The notes under the pieces were generated by a model that was not told where the DNA came from, did not search any database, and was given only the letters and a program-made list of their open reading frames with translations. 64,000 bases of DNA from Bacillota bacterium (GTDB taxonomy: Bacteria > Bacillota > Bacilli > ZCTH02-B2): the NCBI GenBank assembly GCA_017577895.2, contig PKQY02000003.1:27064-91063 (forward strand). The letters are read 5' to 3'. Positions 1 through 8,669 of the stretch are shown piece after piece; the stretch's first letter is position 1, and each line of letters begins with the position of its first letter. Position numbers and translations under genes: made by a program.

Positions 1-123
1 GAAGAAGCAGCGCAAATGATCGTCATGGGCTTCATTGAGCCGTTCACGAAAGAATTGCCCATGGAGTACGCCGTGGAGATGAACCGGCTGATCAAACTGG
101 AAATGGAAGGCAGCATCGGTTAA
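1..123 (+). CDS. sufB: Fe-S cluster assembly protein SufB, last 40 codons (5' part outside window)
   Basis: Frame 1 reads [40 protein letters not shown]-stop, which is the conserved SufB C-terminus. The frame is open to the window edge. Confidence 0.85.
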   Translation, partial: EEAAQMIVMGFIEPFTKELPMEYAVEMNRLIKLEMEGSIG

Positions 124-148
124 ACCTGATCCATCAAGGTTTTTTTCC
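122..148 (+). terminator. Weak candidate intrinsic terminator after sufB
   Basis: A 5-bp stem (aacct/aggtt) with a 9-nt loop, followed by a T7 run. The stem is short and AU-rich. Confidence 0.3.
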
Positions 149-396
149 GCCATGTGCATTGCACCGCGTGAATGGTTTCAATGCCGCTGGTACAACTCCA
201 AGCCGTCATCGTCCATAGGGCGGTGACGGCAGAGTCGTACCGGCGGTTTTTTTCTGCCCCTCACAAGAAGTCGTCCATGGACGATGCACAGGGCGATGGG
301 CATGAGAGAGGAGAGGATGGACGGTGGATGCCGGACAACTGTTAACTTGGGCCAACGGTTTTCTCGTGGCGGCTGCGGCGGGACAAATGGACCGGT

Positions 397-1335
397 TTAT
401 GAAAACCACAACCGGGCGGCATATATCACACCGGTCACAGTGATGGCGCTGAATAATGTCGACAGAAGCACCGCCTGAGCAGCGTAGTCGGGGTGACAAT
501 CATACTCGAGTGCATACAGAGCCGTGTTGCGCGAACAAGGATAGGAACTGGCGATGAGCAATGCTTGGGCAGTCACACCGTCGATTCCCAACAGAAAGAT
601 GAATGTCATAGCCAACAACGGCGAAAAAAGCAGGCGGCCCAACACGCTCACATATAACAGTGGCGGCAAAGCGGTAAAACGGGTATAGGCAATTTGCGCT
701 CCTAATGCAAAGAGGGCGATGGCTAAAAATGCATCGGCGATGCGCTGAAGCGGCGTCCATAAAAAGGATGGTATAGGGACATGAAGCCAACGACAAACCA
801 CACCGAGCAACAATGCATGAAGAACTGGATTTTTCCAGAACTCTGCAGTCCATTTTCCTTTTTTCCCGTTTCCCGAAACAAACTGATAAACGCCATATGT
901 ATTGGTGAGAAAGTTTTGGAATATGGTCACGACAATTTGAATTGCCGCCCCAAGCGGCTGTTGATGAAACACCAGTTGGCTGACAGGAATGCCAAAATTG
1001 CCGGAATTGTTGAGTACAATCGTATTTTGAAACACGGCCGCCATGCTTCGTTCGAGTTTGAACCATTTGGCCATCAACATGCTCATGACGATCAATCCAC
1101 TGCTTTGCAAAAGAAGAAAGCCGAATACGACCGCCAATACCTTTCCGTTCAATTCGCTGTCATACACGTTGGTAAACGCCACAGCCGGCAACAACACGTA
1201 CATATTCAGCTTGGATAATGTATTCATGTCAAAATGAAATCGGCGATGCAACAGCGCCCCTATCCCGACAATGAACAGCATTGGGACCATGATTTGAAGC
1301 AAAATGCCGCTAAACACAGCCAACGCTCTTCCCAC
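397..1335 (-). CDS. AEC (auxin efflux carrier) family transporter, possible organic-acid/malate permease type
   Basis: 312-aa polytopic membrane protein. The N-terminus MGRALAVFSGILLQIMVPMLFIVGIGALL and the overall pattern are typical of AEC family permeases. Confidence 0.8.
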   Translation of the reverse strand: MGRALAVFSGILLQIMVPMLFIVGIGALLHRRFHFDMNTLSKLNMYVLLPAVAFTNVYDSELNGKVLAVVFGFLLLQSSGLIVMSMLMAKWFKLERSMAAVFQNTIVLNNSGNFGIPVSQLVFHQQPLGAAIQIVVTIFQNFLTNTYGVYQFVSGNGKKGKWTAEFWKNPVLHALLLGVVCRWLHVPIPSFLWTPLQRIADAFLAIALFALGAQIAYTRFTALPPLLYVSVLGRLLFSPLLAMTFIFLLGIDGVTAQALLIASSYPCSRNTALYALEYDCHPDYAAQAVLLSTLFSAITVTGVIYAARLWFS

Positions 1336-1356
1336 GCTTTCTCTTGCGTATTTGTG

Positions 1357-1542
1357 TCATCGTATCTTCTTATAAATCCTTTCCGGACGGCCCACCGATC
1401 CATAGGAAATGTCGGCGCTCACTTGGCCGATGGAAACAAGATACTCCAAATAGCGGCGGACCGTCGTTCGGCTGATGCCGATATGCCGTCCGACTTCTTC
1501 GGTTGTCAAGCCGTCTCGGCACTGTTTTGCAACCATGAGCAC
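1357..1542 (-). pseudogene. Remnant of a CitT/DctR-type response regulator (C-terminal HTH only, receiver domain absent)
   Basis: The translation LPKGIQPQTLDKVLMVAKQCRDGLTTEEVGRHIGISRTTVRRYLEYLVSIGQVSADISYGSVGRPERIYKKIR matches the DNA-binding end of CitB-family regulators. The frame is closed by a stop at 1603-1605, so no receiver domain can be encoded. Confidence 0.6.
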
Positions 1543-1737
1543 CTTGTCCAGGGTCTGCGGCTGAATGCCTTTCGGAAGCGCCGATTGGTCAATTACATAT
1601 CTTCATTGACAATCACATTTTTTCCTCTTCGTTTCAAAACAAACGGCACGACAATCCATAAAACGGCAATGATCGACAAAATGAGCGAAATCGGTTTTTG
1701 AACAAAAATGAGATGGGCAATCGGCCCTACACTTTCT

Positions 1738-1767
1738 TTCATGAATGATGTTCATTTTGTTCATGAA
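1738..1767. repeat. Two copies of the 8-bp palindrome TTCATGAA (1738-1745, 1760-1767) flanking a third TTCAT
   Basis: Read directly. The start-to-start spacing is 22 bp. The repeats sit in the divergent intergenic region between the regulator remnant and the VOC gene. Confidence 0.5.
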
Positions 1768-1819
1768 TCACGGATAATGTAAGATAGTGCAAATTATGAA
1801 TTTTAGGAAGTGGCCAACG

Positions 1820-2597
1820 ATGATGCGCCTCGATCATTTTGTCGTACATATCGACGGCGATCAGACCAAATTAGAAACGCTCAAAAACACCATTGAGCCG
1901 ATGGGTTTTCCGTTCAATCCGAATGCAGGGAAAAGGACCAAAGGATTTCAGGTCGCCAACATTTGGATCGGAAACATACTTAGAGTTGGTTTGGTTGAAG
2001 ACGAAAGACGGCGGGGGTTGGCGCAAAGAGTGGGTGGAAAAATACAACCGAGGTTTGCGGGGCATTTTCGGGTTGTGTTTGATGACGGATCAGCTGGATT
2101 CGTTGGAAAAGGAATTGCGAAAACGGTGCATTGACGCCAGTCCTCCAGAACGGATCACATTTAAGATGTTGTTTGGGCTTTTGAAAAAGACATTGCCGTT
2201 TCGTCTGGTTTTTACTCCACCCATTCCGGGGACGGATCTGCAAGTTTTCTTTTTGGAAATGGACAGTCAAGAGAAATATGAATTCATGAGAAAATATTTC
2301 ATGAAACCGAATGCCCGGGAGAATGGAATTACCGGGATTACAGAAGCCGTGGTGCGGTGTCCATTTTCGAAAGAAGCCTGGGAGTATATCGGCGCGATTT
2401 TTCCGGACATGACGGGCGATGAGCAAAGGGCCACGTACGATATGGGGGAGACCAAATTGCATTTTGTTCATTCGGATGAAAGAGGGTTAGATAAAAGAAG
2501 ATTAAAAGTCGAGCTGCTGGCCTCGACGATCCATGACGACTTGGCGAACCAAAGTTTTGAGGTGGAGAATGTTCGTGTAACCACCGGGACCGTGTGA
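1820..2597 (+). pseudogene. Glyoxalase-like (VOC superfamily) protein interrupted by a 1-nt frameshift near 1971-1977
   Basis: The frame of ORF 1787..2134 gives MRLDHFVVHIDGD...GFQVANIWIGN. The frame of ORF 1893..2597 continues YLELVWLKTKDGGGW.... Skipping one A after codon 1973-1975 restores a single protein. Confidence 0.6.
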
Positions 2598-2665
2598 AAG
2601 CGGCGCACCGGTGCCTTTCCCTGGACATAACATGAGAGGGAGAAGTTCAGAAGGGAGGGCCCGTA

Positions 2666-2968
2666 GTGGTTGTGGTCAAGCCGCTGATGATTGACGGCCA
2701 TGCCTTTGTCGGCACGGTTGTGCAACTCCCAAAGACGAACTTGATCGCCATCTCCAACGAGAAGGGATATATCATGTGCGGGGCGCTGGACGTGGATTTG
2801 CTCGATGAAAGGCTGGCCCACCGGGGCATCATCGCCGGACGGGCGGTGGGTGTGCGCAGTTTGGACGACTTGTTGGAAGCGCCATTGGAAAAAGTGACGG
2901 CGCAGGCGCGGGCGTTGGGCATCATGCCGGGGATGAAAGGGAAAGAAGCGTTGTTGAAAATGGTATAA
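2666..2968 (+). CDS. yunC: DUF1805 domain protein (YunC family)
   Basis: 100 aa. VVVKPLMIDGHAFVGTVVQLPKTNLIAISNEKGYIMCGALDV is typical of YunC, and the gene sits in the yunB neighbourhood. Confidence 0.8.
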   Translation: MVVVKPLMIDGHAFVGTVVQLPKTNLIAISNEKGYIMCGALDVDLLDERLAHRGIIAGRAVGVRSLDDLLEAPLEKVTAQARALGIMPGMKGKEALLKMV

Positions 2969-2978
2969 CAGCAGTTTG

Positions 2979-3018
2979 AAAAAAATGGCACGGGACCGAT
3001 AGGCCCCGTTTTCGCTTT
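2979..3018. terminator. Bidirectional terminator between yunC (+) and the thyX-like gene (-)
   Basis: Hairpin acgggacc-gata-ggccccgt with one mismatch. It is flanked by an A7 run on one side and TTTCGCTTT on the other. Confidence 0.5.
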
Positions 3019-3041
3019 GGCGGTATTGTTTTGCAGGCGTC

Positions 3042-4571
3042 TTACGGGCGCCGCTTGGCAAACTCGGCGATGACCGGATGGGTTTGCGCCAATTGCCGGT
3101 GGATGTGTTCGAACGTCCCCCGGATGTCCCACTGGGCTTCTTGCGATGTGCGCAAGTTGATTAAATGGTACAGTTCCCAGAGGCTGAGGTCGGCGACGAT
3201 TTGCCGACGGTGGGCGTTGGTGACGCAGTAAGGCGCAGCGGTCGGTGCGTATGCCGCAATTTGTCGGTACAACCGGGCCGCTTTTTCGGTCACTTGTAGG
3301 AGCACCGTCGTCAAACCCGCCTCTTGGATGTGCGGCGGAACGGTGATGCCTCCGTGGGGACTGGGCGGTTGGAAGATGAAGGCCGTCCGCCGGTTGTGCC
3401 GCAACAGTTGATGCCAGTTAGCTTCGGAAACCGTCAGGAACAGTTTTAACCGCACTTGATCGAATACCGGATGGGGGTTGTCGTACGGCCCTAACGTGAC
3501 CAAAGCGGTGCGCAGCATCTCTTCTTTTTGCGTCACCGACATTTGTTTTGCGAGTTGTTGGGATTCTTCGTAATCGAGATGCCGGTAGCTGAACAACCAG
3601 CCGGCGCACAGTTGGTTCAGCACCGTTTCATAATCGGCCATCTGGATGCGCGGCGGCCGGGCGTTCGGTTCGCAGGCGCTGTCTGCTTCCGCCGGCGGCT
3701 GGCCGCAGCTCGCTTCCCTGCCGGCATCGGGAGCTGCGTCTTGGTGGAATTGCCGGAAACATTGTTGAAGATGGCGGGATGCTTCCACGTGCCGGAGCAA
3801 GGTCGGGATGACCTTGCTGATTTCTTCTTCCATCTCTTTTGCCAGGCGGACGCATTCCGGGTACGGACTGGCCAAGAGCACCACCAAGGTGTCCCGCAGC
3901 GCCCGGCCGTTGCCGGTCATGCCCAAGTTGGTCAACGTGGCCAGCGTCAGGACGTAGCGGGCATCTTCAAAGGCCAGTTTTTCGATCCGCGTGTCATATG
4001 CTTTTTCCGTCTCGTTTTCACGGCGTGGGAATTTGTTTCTCAAATACGGGATCAAGTGTGCCAGCAACGTTTCATAGGCGTCATACGCTTCGTGTTGAAA
4101 ACGGATGTATGCATCCCGTAACTGCGGGTGTCGTTCCAATTCGACCGGTATGTAAAAATCGCCCCGCTGCGGCCGTTGATAACGCTGGCTATATTCGGTG
4201 AAGCTGTTGAAGCGGTTGGCCAATTCCAGTTCAGCGGAGGCGAGGCGGCTGATTTTTTCGATGCCGACGTGGGCCACGGCGTGCTCGGCGACGCTGGAAT
4301 GGCCGTACCCGACGACCCAACGTTCGTGAAACCGGCGGGCGGTGTCGGAGAGGAGCAATTGATTCCCGGGCTGGGCCAAAATTTCTTCTTTTTCCAGCAA
4401 CGTGCGCAAGTTTTCACGAAAGCTTTTCGGACTGCGAGAAACATAGGCGAAAATGACGGCGATGACTTCTTCCGGAAGGTTAAAAATCGTGTACACGTTT
4501 TTATCAGTATTCGATACGTAATTTGTCAGGTCTACAGGCTGTCGGGTGGACAACGTTCTCTCCTCCTGCAT
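3042..4571 (-). CDS. Fused two-domain ThyX-like (FAD-dependent thymidylate synthase family) protein
   Basis: 509 aa. The N-half carries GHSSVAEHA and ANRFNSFTEYSQRY (compare ThyX RHRxxSxxxxSxRY). The C-half carries LLRHNRRTAF and NLRTSQEAQWDIR. A low-complexity linker joins them near residues 275-315. Confidence 0.7.
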   Translation of the reverse strand: MQEERTLSTRQPVDLTNYVSNTDKNVYTIFNLPEEVIAVIFAYVSRSPKSFRENLRTLLEKEEILAQPGNQLLLSDTARRFHERWVVGYGHSSVAEHAVAHVGIEKISRLASAELELANRFNSFTEYSQRYQRPQRGDFYIPVELERHPQLRDAYIRFQHEAYDAYETLLAHLIPYLRNKFPRRENETEKAYDTRIEKLAFEDARYVLTLATLTNLGMTGNGRALRDTLVVLLASPYPECVRLAKEMEEEISKVIPTLLRHVEASRHLQQCFRQFHQDAAPDAGREASCGQPPAEADSACEPNARPPRIQMADYETVLNQLCAGWLFSYRHLDYEESQQLAKQMSVTQKEEMLRTALVTLGPYDNPHPVFDQVRLKLFLTVSEANWHQLLRHNRRTAFIFQPPSPHGGITVPPHIQEAGLTTVLLQVTEKAARLYRQIAAYAPTAAPYCVTNAHRRQIVADLSLWELYHLINLRTSQEAQWDIRGTFEHIHRQLAQTHPVIAEFAKRRP

Positions 4572-4707
4572 TTGTCAGTCACTTTTTCGATTGTATCACA
4601 CGTTTCGTGCCCTTTGGGAAAAAATTGAACGGGTGTGGTCTGTATAGCCGAAGAGTGGCGGGCATAGGTATGGTCAATGAAGAAGATGCGGAGGAGGCGG
4701 GCACCGA

Positions 4708-5481
4708 ATGTTCCGACTGAGGCGTCGAAAGGGCAGCGGGTGGATAGGGAGAAGACGATGGGCCCGCTACGGCTGGCCGCTGGTGCTGTTGTTCGTGGTC
4801 TTCCTTGGCGTTCAACTGTTCAATTACATCGAACGGAACATTCGGGAACCTTTAATCAACATTGCCCGGGTGCATGTCCACCAACTGGCCTCGGAAGCGA
4901 TCAGCGAGACGATTTCCAATAAAATCGTCCAACAGACGGACATTCGGGAATTGATCACGCTGCAATACAACCGACAAGGGGAAATTCAAAGCGCGGTGTT
5001 CAATTACTCGGAATACGCCCGCATTCAGACGGAAACGACCAAAGGGGTCTTGGAGGCGTTGCACGCGCTGGAGGAGGCCGAGATTACCATTCCTTTGGGG
5101 CAAGCGTCAAAAAGCACACTCTTGGCCCACTTGGGCCCGCGGTTGCCCATCCGGCTTCGTCCGATGGGTTCGGCGACGGTCGACTTGTCCTTTGACATGC
5201 AGACTGCCGGCATCAACATGGTCATGATTACGGTATATGCGGTCATCAAAGCCCATGTGGCCATCGTCATGCCGTTTTCCGTCGATTCGGGGGAAGTGTC
5301 GCTCCGGGTTCCCCTCTCCAACGCCGTCATTGTCGGCCAAGTACCGGACTTTTATTACTCGGGAGGCGGACGCACGGGAAGCGGCCCAACCCAAGCAACC
5401 CCGTCGGAGGATGGAAGGGAGTCGCCTTCCGGTGAAGGGTTGCTCCCGGTCGTGCCCGTCATTCCCCCCGTCGAATTTTAA
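4708..5481 (+). CDS. yunB: Sporulation protein YunB
   Basis: 257 aa with an N-terminal TM segment followed by NYIERNIREPLINIARVHVHQLASEAISETI, typical of YunB. The gene lies next to an M23 peptidase and lipA, as in B. subtilis. Confidence 0.85.
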   Translation: MFRLRRRKGSGWIGRRRWARYGWPLVLLFVVFLGVQLFNYIERNIREPLINIARVHVHQLASEAISETISNKIVQQTDIRELITLQYNRQGEIQSAVFNYSEYARIQTETTKGVLEALHALEEAEITIPLGQASKSTLLAHLGPRLPIRLRPMGSATVDLSFDMQTAGINMVMITVYAVIKAHVAIVMPFSVDSGEVSLRVPLSNAVIVGQVPDFYYSGGGRTGSGPTQATPSEDGRESPSGEGLLPVVPVIPPVEF

Positions 5482-6530
5482 CGGCGGCGGTCGGCCCGTT
5501 CCCACACTTTCAAGGAAGGATACGGATTAAAGGCCCATTGCTGGCGGCCGTCAAACTTGTACATGCCGTAATGCAGATGGGGCGGAAATTTGCCTTGCGT
5601 ACCCGGTTTGCCGTAACCGGAGTTGCCCACATAGCCGATGACTTGACCGGGTTTGACCACCACTCCTGGCCGGATGGATTTCTCAAATCCCGACAAGTGG
5701 GCGTAATAGTGATAGACGTTTTTCAGATCCCGGATGCCTACGCGCCAACCGCCGTATTTGTTCCAGCCGACGACTTCCACATAGCCGTAACTGACGCTGC
5801 GGACCGGCGTCCCATAGGCGGCAAAAATGTCCGTGCCTTCGTGCATGCGGCGGCCGCCCCAACCGCGGGAGTGCCCCCACGTGTTGTGATACGTATAGTT
5901 GTATCCCCACGGGATCGGAAACGTGTATTCGTCCAAATCCAGCCGCCGAAACGTCCCGTAAATGGCTGAAAACGCGCGAATGTGTTGCACGGCGTAGTCC
6001 GTCCCGTAATATTCCCACAAGCCGTGCATGAAATCTTCTTCCGAACCGGTATAGGGAGCGAAATAACTTAAAAACGTGACCATGACATCGTCGTCGTTCG
6101 CCGGGTCGGCCTTGCCGTCGCCGTTGCCGTCTTGGCCGATGCCGCCGAAAAACCGAATCGTGTCCGGGTTTGTGTCTTGGGGATTCGGGTTCAGCCAACC
6201 GGCCCACAAAGACGGCGGGATGGTGATGGCCAAAACCCGACCCGGTGCCTTCTCTTTCCGAAAGGCTTGAATCGAGCGTTCAAATTGGTCGACGGCCGCA
6301 AACCAATTCCACGGCAGCCGGGTCCATCCGGCCATTTGGACGTAATACGCCATTCGGCGGCTGTATAAGAGCTGCTTGTCCTCTTCCGGTGAAGCGGCAG
6401 CCGTCGAATGCGGAGAATGGGCGGCCGATGCTGGGGCGGCTAACGCGCCCGGCTGTGGCAGTCCGGTTCCGGCCAGCATCCATGCGGCTGCCAGGATGAA
6501 GACCAAACGAGCAGCAAGTGAGCGGCGCAT
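5478..6530 (-). CDS. Secreted M23 family metallopeptidase (occupies the lytH/yunA position)
   Basis: Signal peptide MRRSLAARLVFILAAAWMLAG. M23 motifs HEGTDIFAAYGTPV, GYVGNSGYG and PPHLHYGMY are present. The stop overlaps the yunB stop by 4 nt (convergent genes). Confidence 0.85.
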   Translation of the reverse strand: MRRSLAARLVFILAAAWMLAGTGLPQPGALAAPASAAHSPHSTAAASPEEDKQLLYSRRMAYYVQMAGWTRLPWNWFAAVDQFERSIQAFRKEKAPGRVLAITIPPSLWAGWLNPNPQDTNPDTIRFFGGIGQDGNGDGKADPANDDDVMVTFLSYFAPYTGSEEDFMHGLWEYYGTDYAVQHIRAFSAIYGTFRRLDLDEYTFPIPWGYNYTYHNTWGHSRGWGGRRMHEGTDIFAAYGTPVRSVSYGYVEVVGWNKYGGWRVGIRDLKNVYHYYAHLSGFEKSIRPGVVVKPGQVIGYVGNSGYGKPGTQGKFPPHLHYGMYKFDGRQQWAFNPYPSLKVWERADRRR

Positions 6531-6733
6531 CGTTTCTTCACCTCAAGCCGAAACTCAAAAAAGCGTCATCCTTCATTGTTTGCTTTGCCAGCGAATCTTT
6601 GCACGCCAATTGTTGGGATGAACCGATGTGTGAGGGCTGATACGAGATAGTGTTTTTGCCGCAGGAAAACGGTATAATGGGATCAATCGGGGAGCATTCC
6701 ACGGTTACGATGAACCGGGGCGGAGGTGTGTAC

Positions 6734-7624
6734 ATGCCCGTCTACGATCTCGAGCGAAAACCAGAATGGCTCAAAATCCGGCTGCAAACCGGTGGCCATT
6801 ACGCGGAACTGAAACAATTGATGCGCCACCAGACGTTGCACACCGTCTGTGAAGAGGCGCGTTGCCCCAATATTTATGAATGTTGGTCCCATCGGACCGC
6901 GACGTTTATGATCTTGGGAGATATATGTACCCGGGCTTGCCGTTTTTGTGCGGTGAAAACCGGCCAGCCCACGGAATTGGACTGGGCCGAGCCGGAACGG
7001 GTGGCCGATGCGGTGGAAGCCATGGGCCTCCGATACGTGGTCATCACATCCGTGGCCCGGGATGATTTGCACGATGGCGGTGCATCCATCTTTGCGGCCA
7101 CCATTCGGGCCATCCGTCAACGGATGCCCGACTGCCAGGTGGAAGTGTTGATTCCCGATTTTCGCGGCAATTGGGATGCCCTGCGGGTGGTGATGGATGC
7201 CGAGCCGGATGTGCTCAATCACAATGTGGAGACCGTGCGCCGTTTGTCCAATGCGTTGCGCCGGACGGCCAAATACGATCGGTCGTTGGAATTGTTGCGG
7301 CGGGCCAAAGAGATGCGGCCGCACATTCCGACCAAATCCGGCATCATGGTCGGCGTCGGCGAGACGTGGGAAGAAATTTTGCAGACGATGGACGATTTGC
7401 GGTCCGTGGGCTGTGATATATTGACCATCGGGCAGTACTTGCAGCCGACGAAGGAGCATTATCCGCTGGTGGCGTACTACACCCCCGAAGAGTTTGCCCA
7501 ATTGAAAGAGGAAGGATTGAAGCGGGGGTTTCGCCACGTGGAATCGGGCCCCCTCGTTCGCAGTTCGTATCATGCCCATGAACAAGCTCAAAACGCGCAA
7601 AGATTGGTGCAGACAACCCAGTGA
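6734..7624 (+). CDS. lipA: Lipoyl synthase
   Basis: [22 protein letters not shown] and radical-SAM CRFCAV motifs. ATG at 6734 is preceded by GGAGGTG. The upstream part of ORF 6650 lacks an RBS. Confidence 0.95.
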   Translation: MPVYDLERKPEWLKIRLQTGGHYAELKQLMRHQTLHTVCEEARCPNIYECWSHRTATFMILGDICTRACRFCAVKTGQPTELDWAEPERVADAVEAMGLRYVVITSVARDDLHDGGASIFAATIRAIRQRMPDCQVEVLIPDFRGNWDALRVVMDAEPDVLNHNVETVRRLSNALRRTAKYDRSLELLRRAKEMRPHIPTKSGIMVGVGETWEEILQTMDDLRSVGCDILTIGQYLQPTKEHYPLVAYYTPEEFAQLKEEGLKRGFRHVESGPLVRSSYHAHEQAQNAQRLVQTTQ

Positions 7625-7968
7625 TGAAGATGGAGAATCAGGTCATCGTCGTTCAAGGTCAACAGTATGAAGTGGTGGAAAATTACCGCAACGGTTGGCA
7701 AGCAGAGGCGTTTCGCCAGCGCTACGTCGACATCTTGGCGCGATACGACTACATTGTCGGCGATTGGGGTTACGGACAATTGCGATTGCGGGGATTTTAC
7801 GAAAACAACCGCCCCAAAGTCAACTTTGACCAAAAGATCGCCAGTTTAGGCGAGTATTTGCAGGAGTATTGCAATTTCGGGTGTCCGTACTTTGTTTTGA
7901 AAAAAATCACCCCCGACAAGGGGACGAACCGGGAAGGGCGAAACAAAAAAAGAAACGAAGAGGTGTAG
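7621..7968 (+). CDS. yutD: YutD family protein (DUF1027)
   Basis: [45 protein letters not shown] matches the YutD pattern. The start overlaps the lipA stop. Confidence 0.85.
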   Translation: MMKMENQVIVVQGQQYEVVENYRNGWQAEAFRQRYVDILARYDYIVGDWGYGQLRLRGFYENNRPKVNFDQKIASLGEYLQEYCNFGCPYFVLKKITPDKGTNREGRNKKRNEEV

Positions 7969-7990
7969 CCGCGTACAGGCTACACCTCTT
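7958..7990. terminator. Bidirectional terminator hairpin containing the stop codons of both convergent genes
   Basis: Perfect 13-bp stem aagaggtgtagcc / ggctacacctctt with a 7-nt loop. The T-run lies on the minus-strand side. The yutD TAG (7966-7968) and the minus-gene stop (7980-7982) both sit in the arms. Confidence 0.7.
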
Positions 7991-8231
7991 CTGTTTCCGA
8001 ATGCGTCGGATGGGAGTCGGGATGATCCCGTTCCAATCCTGCGTGGAACGTCCGGTTTTCGTATGTGAATGGCGACACGGCATGCATGCCTGGTTCCCAT
8101 GGCGTCGATTTTCCCAACGGTCCGTCAAACGGCGCCCCATACGCTCCTTCCGGAAACTCTTCGGGGATGATTTCTCTGCGCTGGGAAATGACGGTTTCCA
8201 ACTCACGGTATCTGTTCTTGCGTCGGAACAA
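7980..8231 (-). CDS. Hypothetical 83-aa acidic protein
   Basis: TTG start preceded by AAAGGAGG at 7-nt spacing. No family recognised by eye. Confidence 0.55.
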   Translation of the reverse strand: MFRRKNRYRELETVISQRREIIPEEFPEGAYGAPFDGPLGKSTPWEPGMHAVSPFTYENRTFHAGLERDHPDSHPTHSETEEV

Positions 8232-8287
8232 GGGGCAAACCTCCTTTTCTTGAAGGTTGCCCCTGTTTTGTTGCCGTTATGTGCCAT

Positions 8288-8566
8288 TCAGATGGCCAAA
8301 TATAAGAACTCGGTCAATTCTTCCGCCTCTTCGTCGCTCAAGTCGAAGGCGTAAGCGATGTAACCTTCCTCTTCCAAATCGTCCTGTCCGACAATGGCGC
8401 AGCGGCCATTTTGCAGAGAGATGACCAATGATTTACCATAAAACCGGTCGGTCCGGACAATGGCCAAGTCGAACCGGTGGTGCTTGCCGACGAAACTGAC
8501 AAAGCGGGTCCGCGTCTGTTCCGTCTCATCGTAGAGATAAAACGTTTGATCGTCCATCGTTCCCAT
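8288..8566 (-). CDS. DUF3055-like small cytosolic protein
   Basis: MGTMDDQTFYLYDETEQTRTRFVSFVGKHHRFDLAIVRTDRFYGKSLVISLQNGR resembles the DUF3055 pattern of Bacillus. The start (8566 or 8557) is uncertain. Confidence 0.65.
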   Translation of the reverse strand: MGTMDDQTFYLYDETEQTRTRFVSFVGKHHRFDLAIVRTDRFYGKSLVISLQNGRCAIVGQDDLEEEGYIAYAFDLSDEEAEELTEFLYLAI

Positions 8567-8669
8567 CCCGTCCTGTTCGTTTTTCGTTTGCTTCACACAT
8601 CGTCTCAACTTAACATTATATACGAGCCGATGTCTTTTGACAGCACACGGACATCAAAGGAGATGGGGT

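Noticed and set aside
271-284. Perfect 14-bp palindrome TCGTCCATGGACGA.
   Set aside because: About four perfect 14-bp palindromes are expected by chance in 64 kb (64000/4^7). It is not positioned relative to any promoter I could identify.
206-499. ORFs 206..499 (-) and 284..478 (+) in the sufB-AEC spacer. I considered that a small gene or structured RNA might sit here.
   Set aside because: There is no RBS, the composition is poor, and both ORFs run into the 3' end of the AEC gene. I recognised no riboswitch-class motif. The spacer probably holds only terminators.
1593-1742. 49-codon minus-strand ORF with one TM helix (MKESVGPIAHLIFVQKPISLILSIIAVLWIVVPFVLKRRGKN...).
   Set aside because: There is no Shine-Dalgarno sequence, and it is too short to call as a gene. 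It is mentioned only as a possible leftover of a sensor-kinase N-terminus in the two-component remnant finding.
8609-8669. I looked for a second TPP riboswitch in front of thiM.
   Set aside because: The leader is only 60 nt and contains no CUGAGA or ACCUGAUCUGGAUAAUGCCAGCG-like elements.
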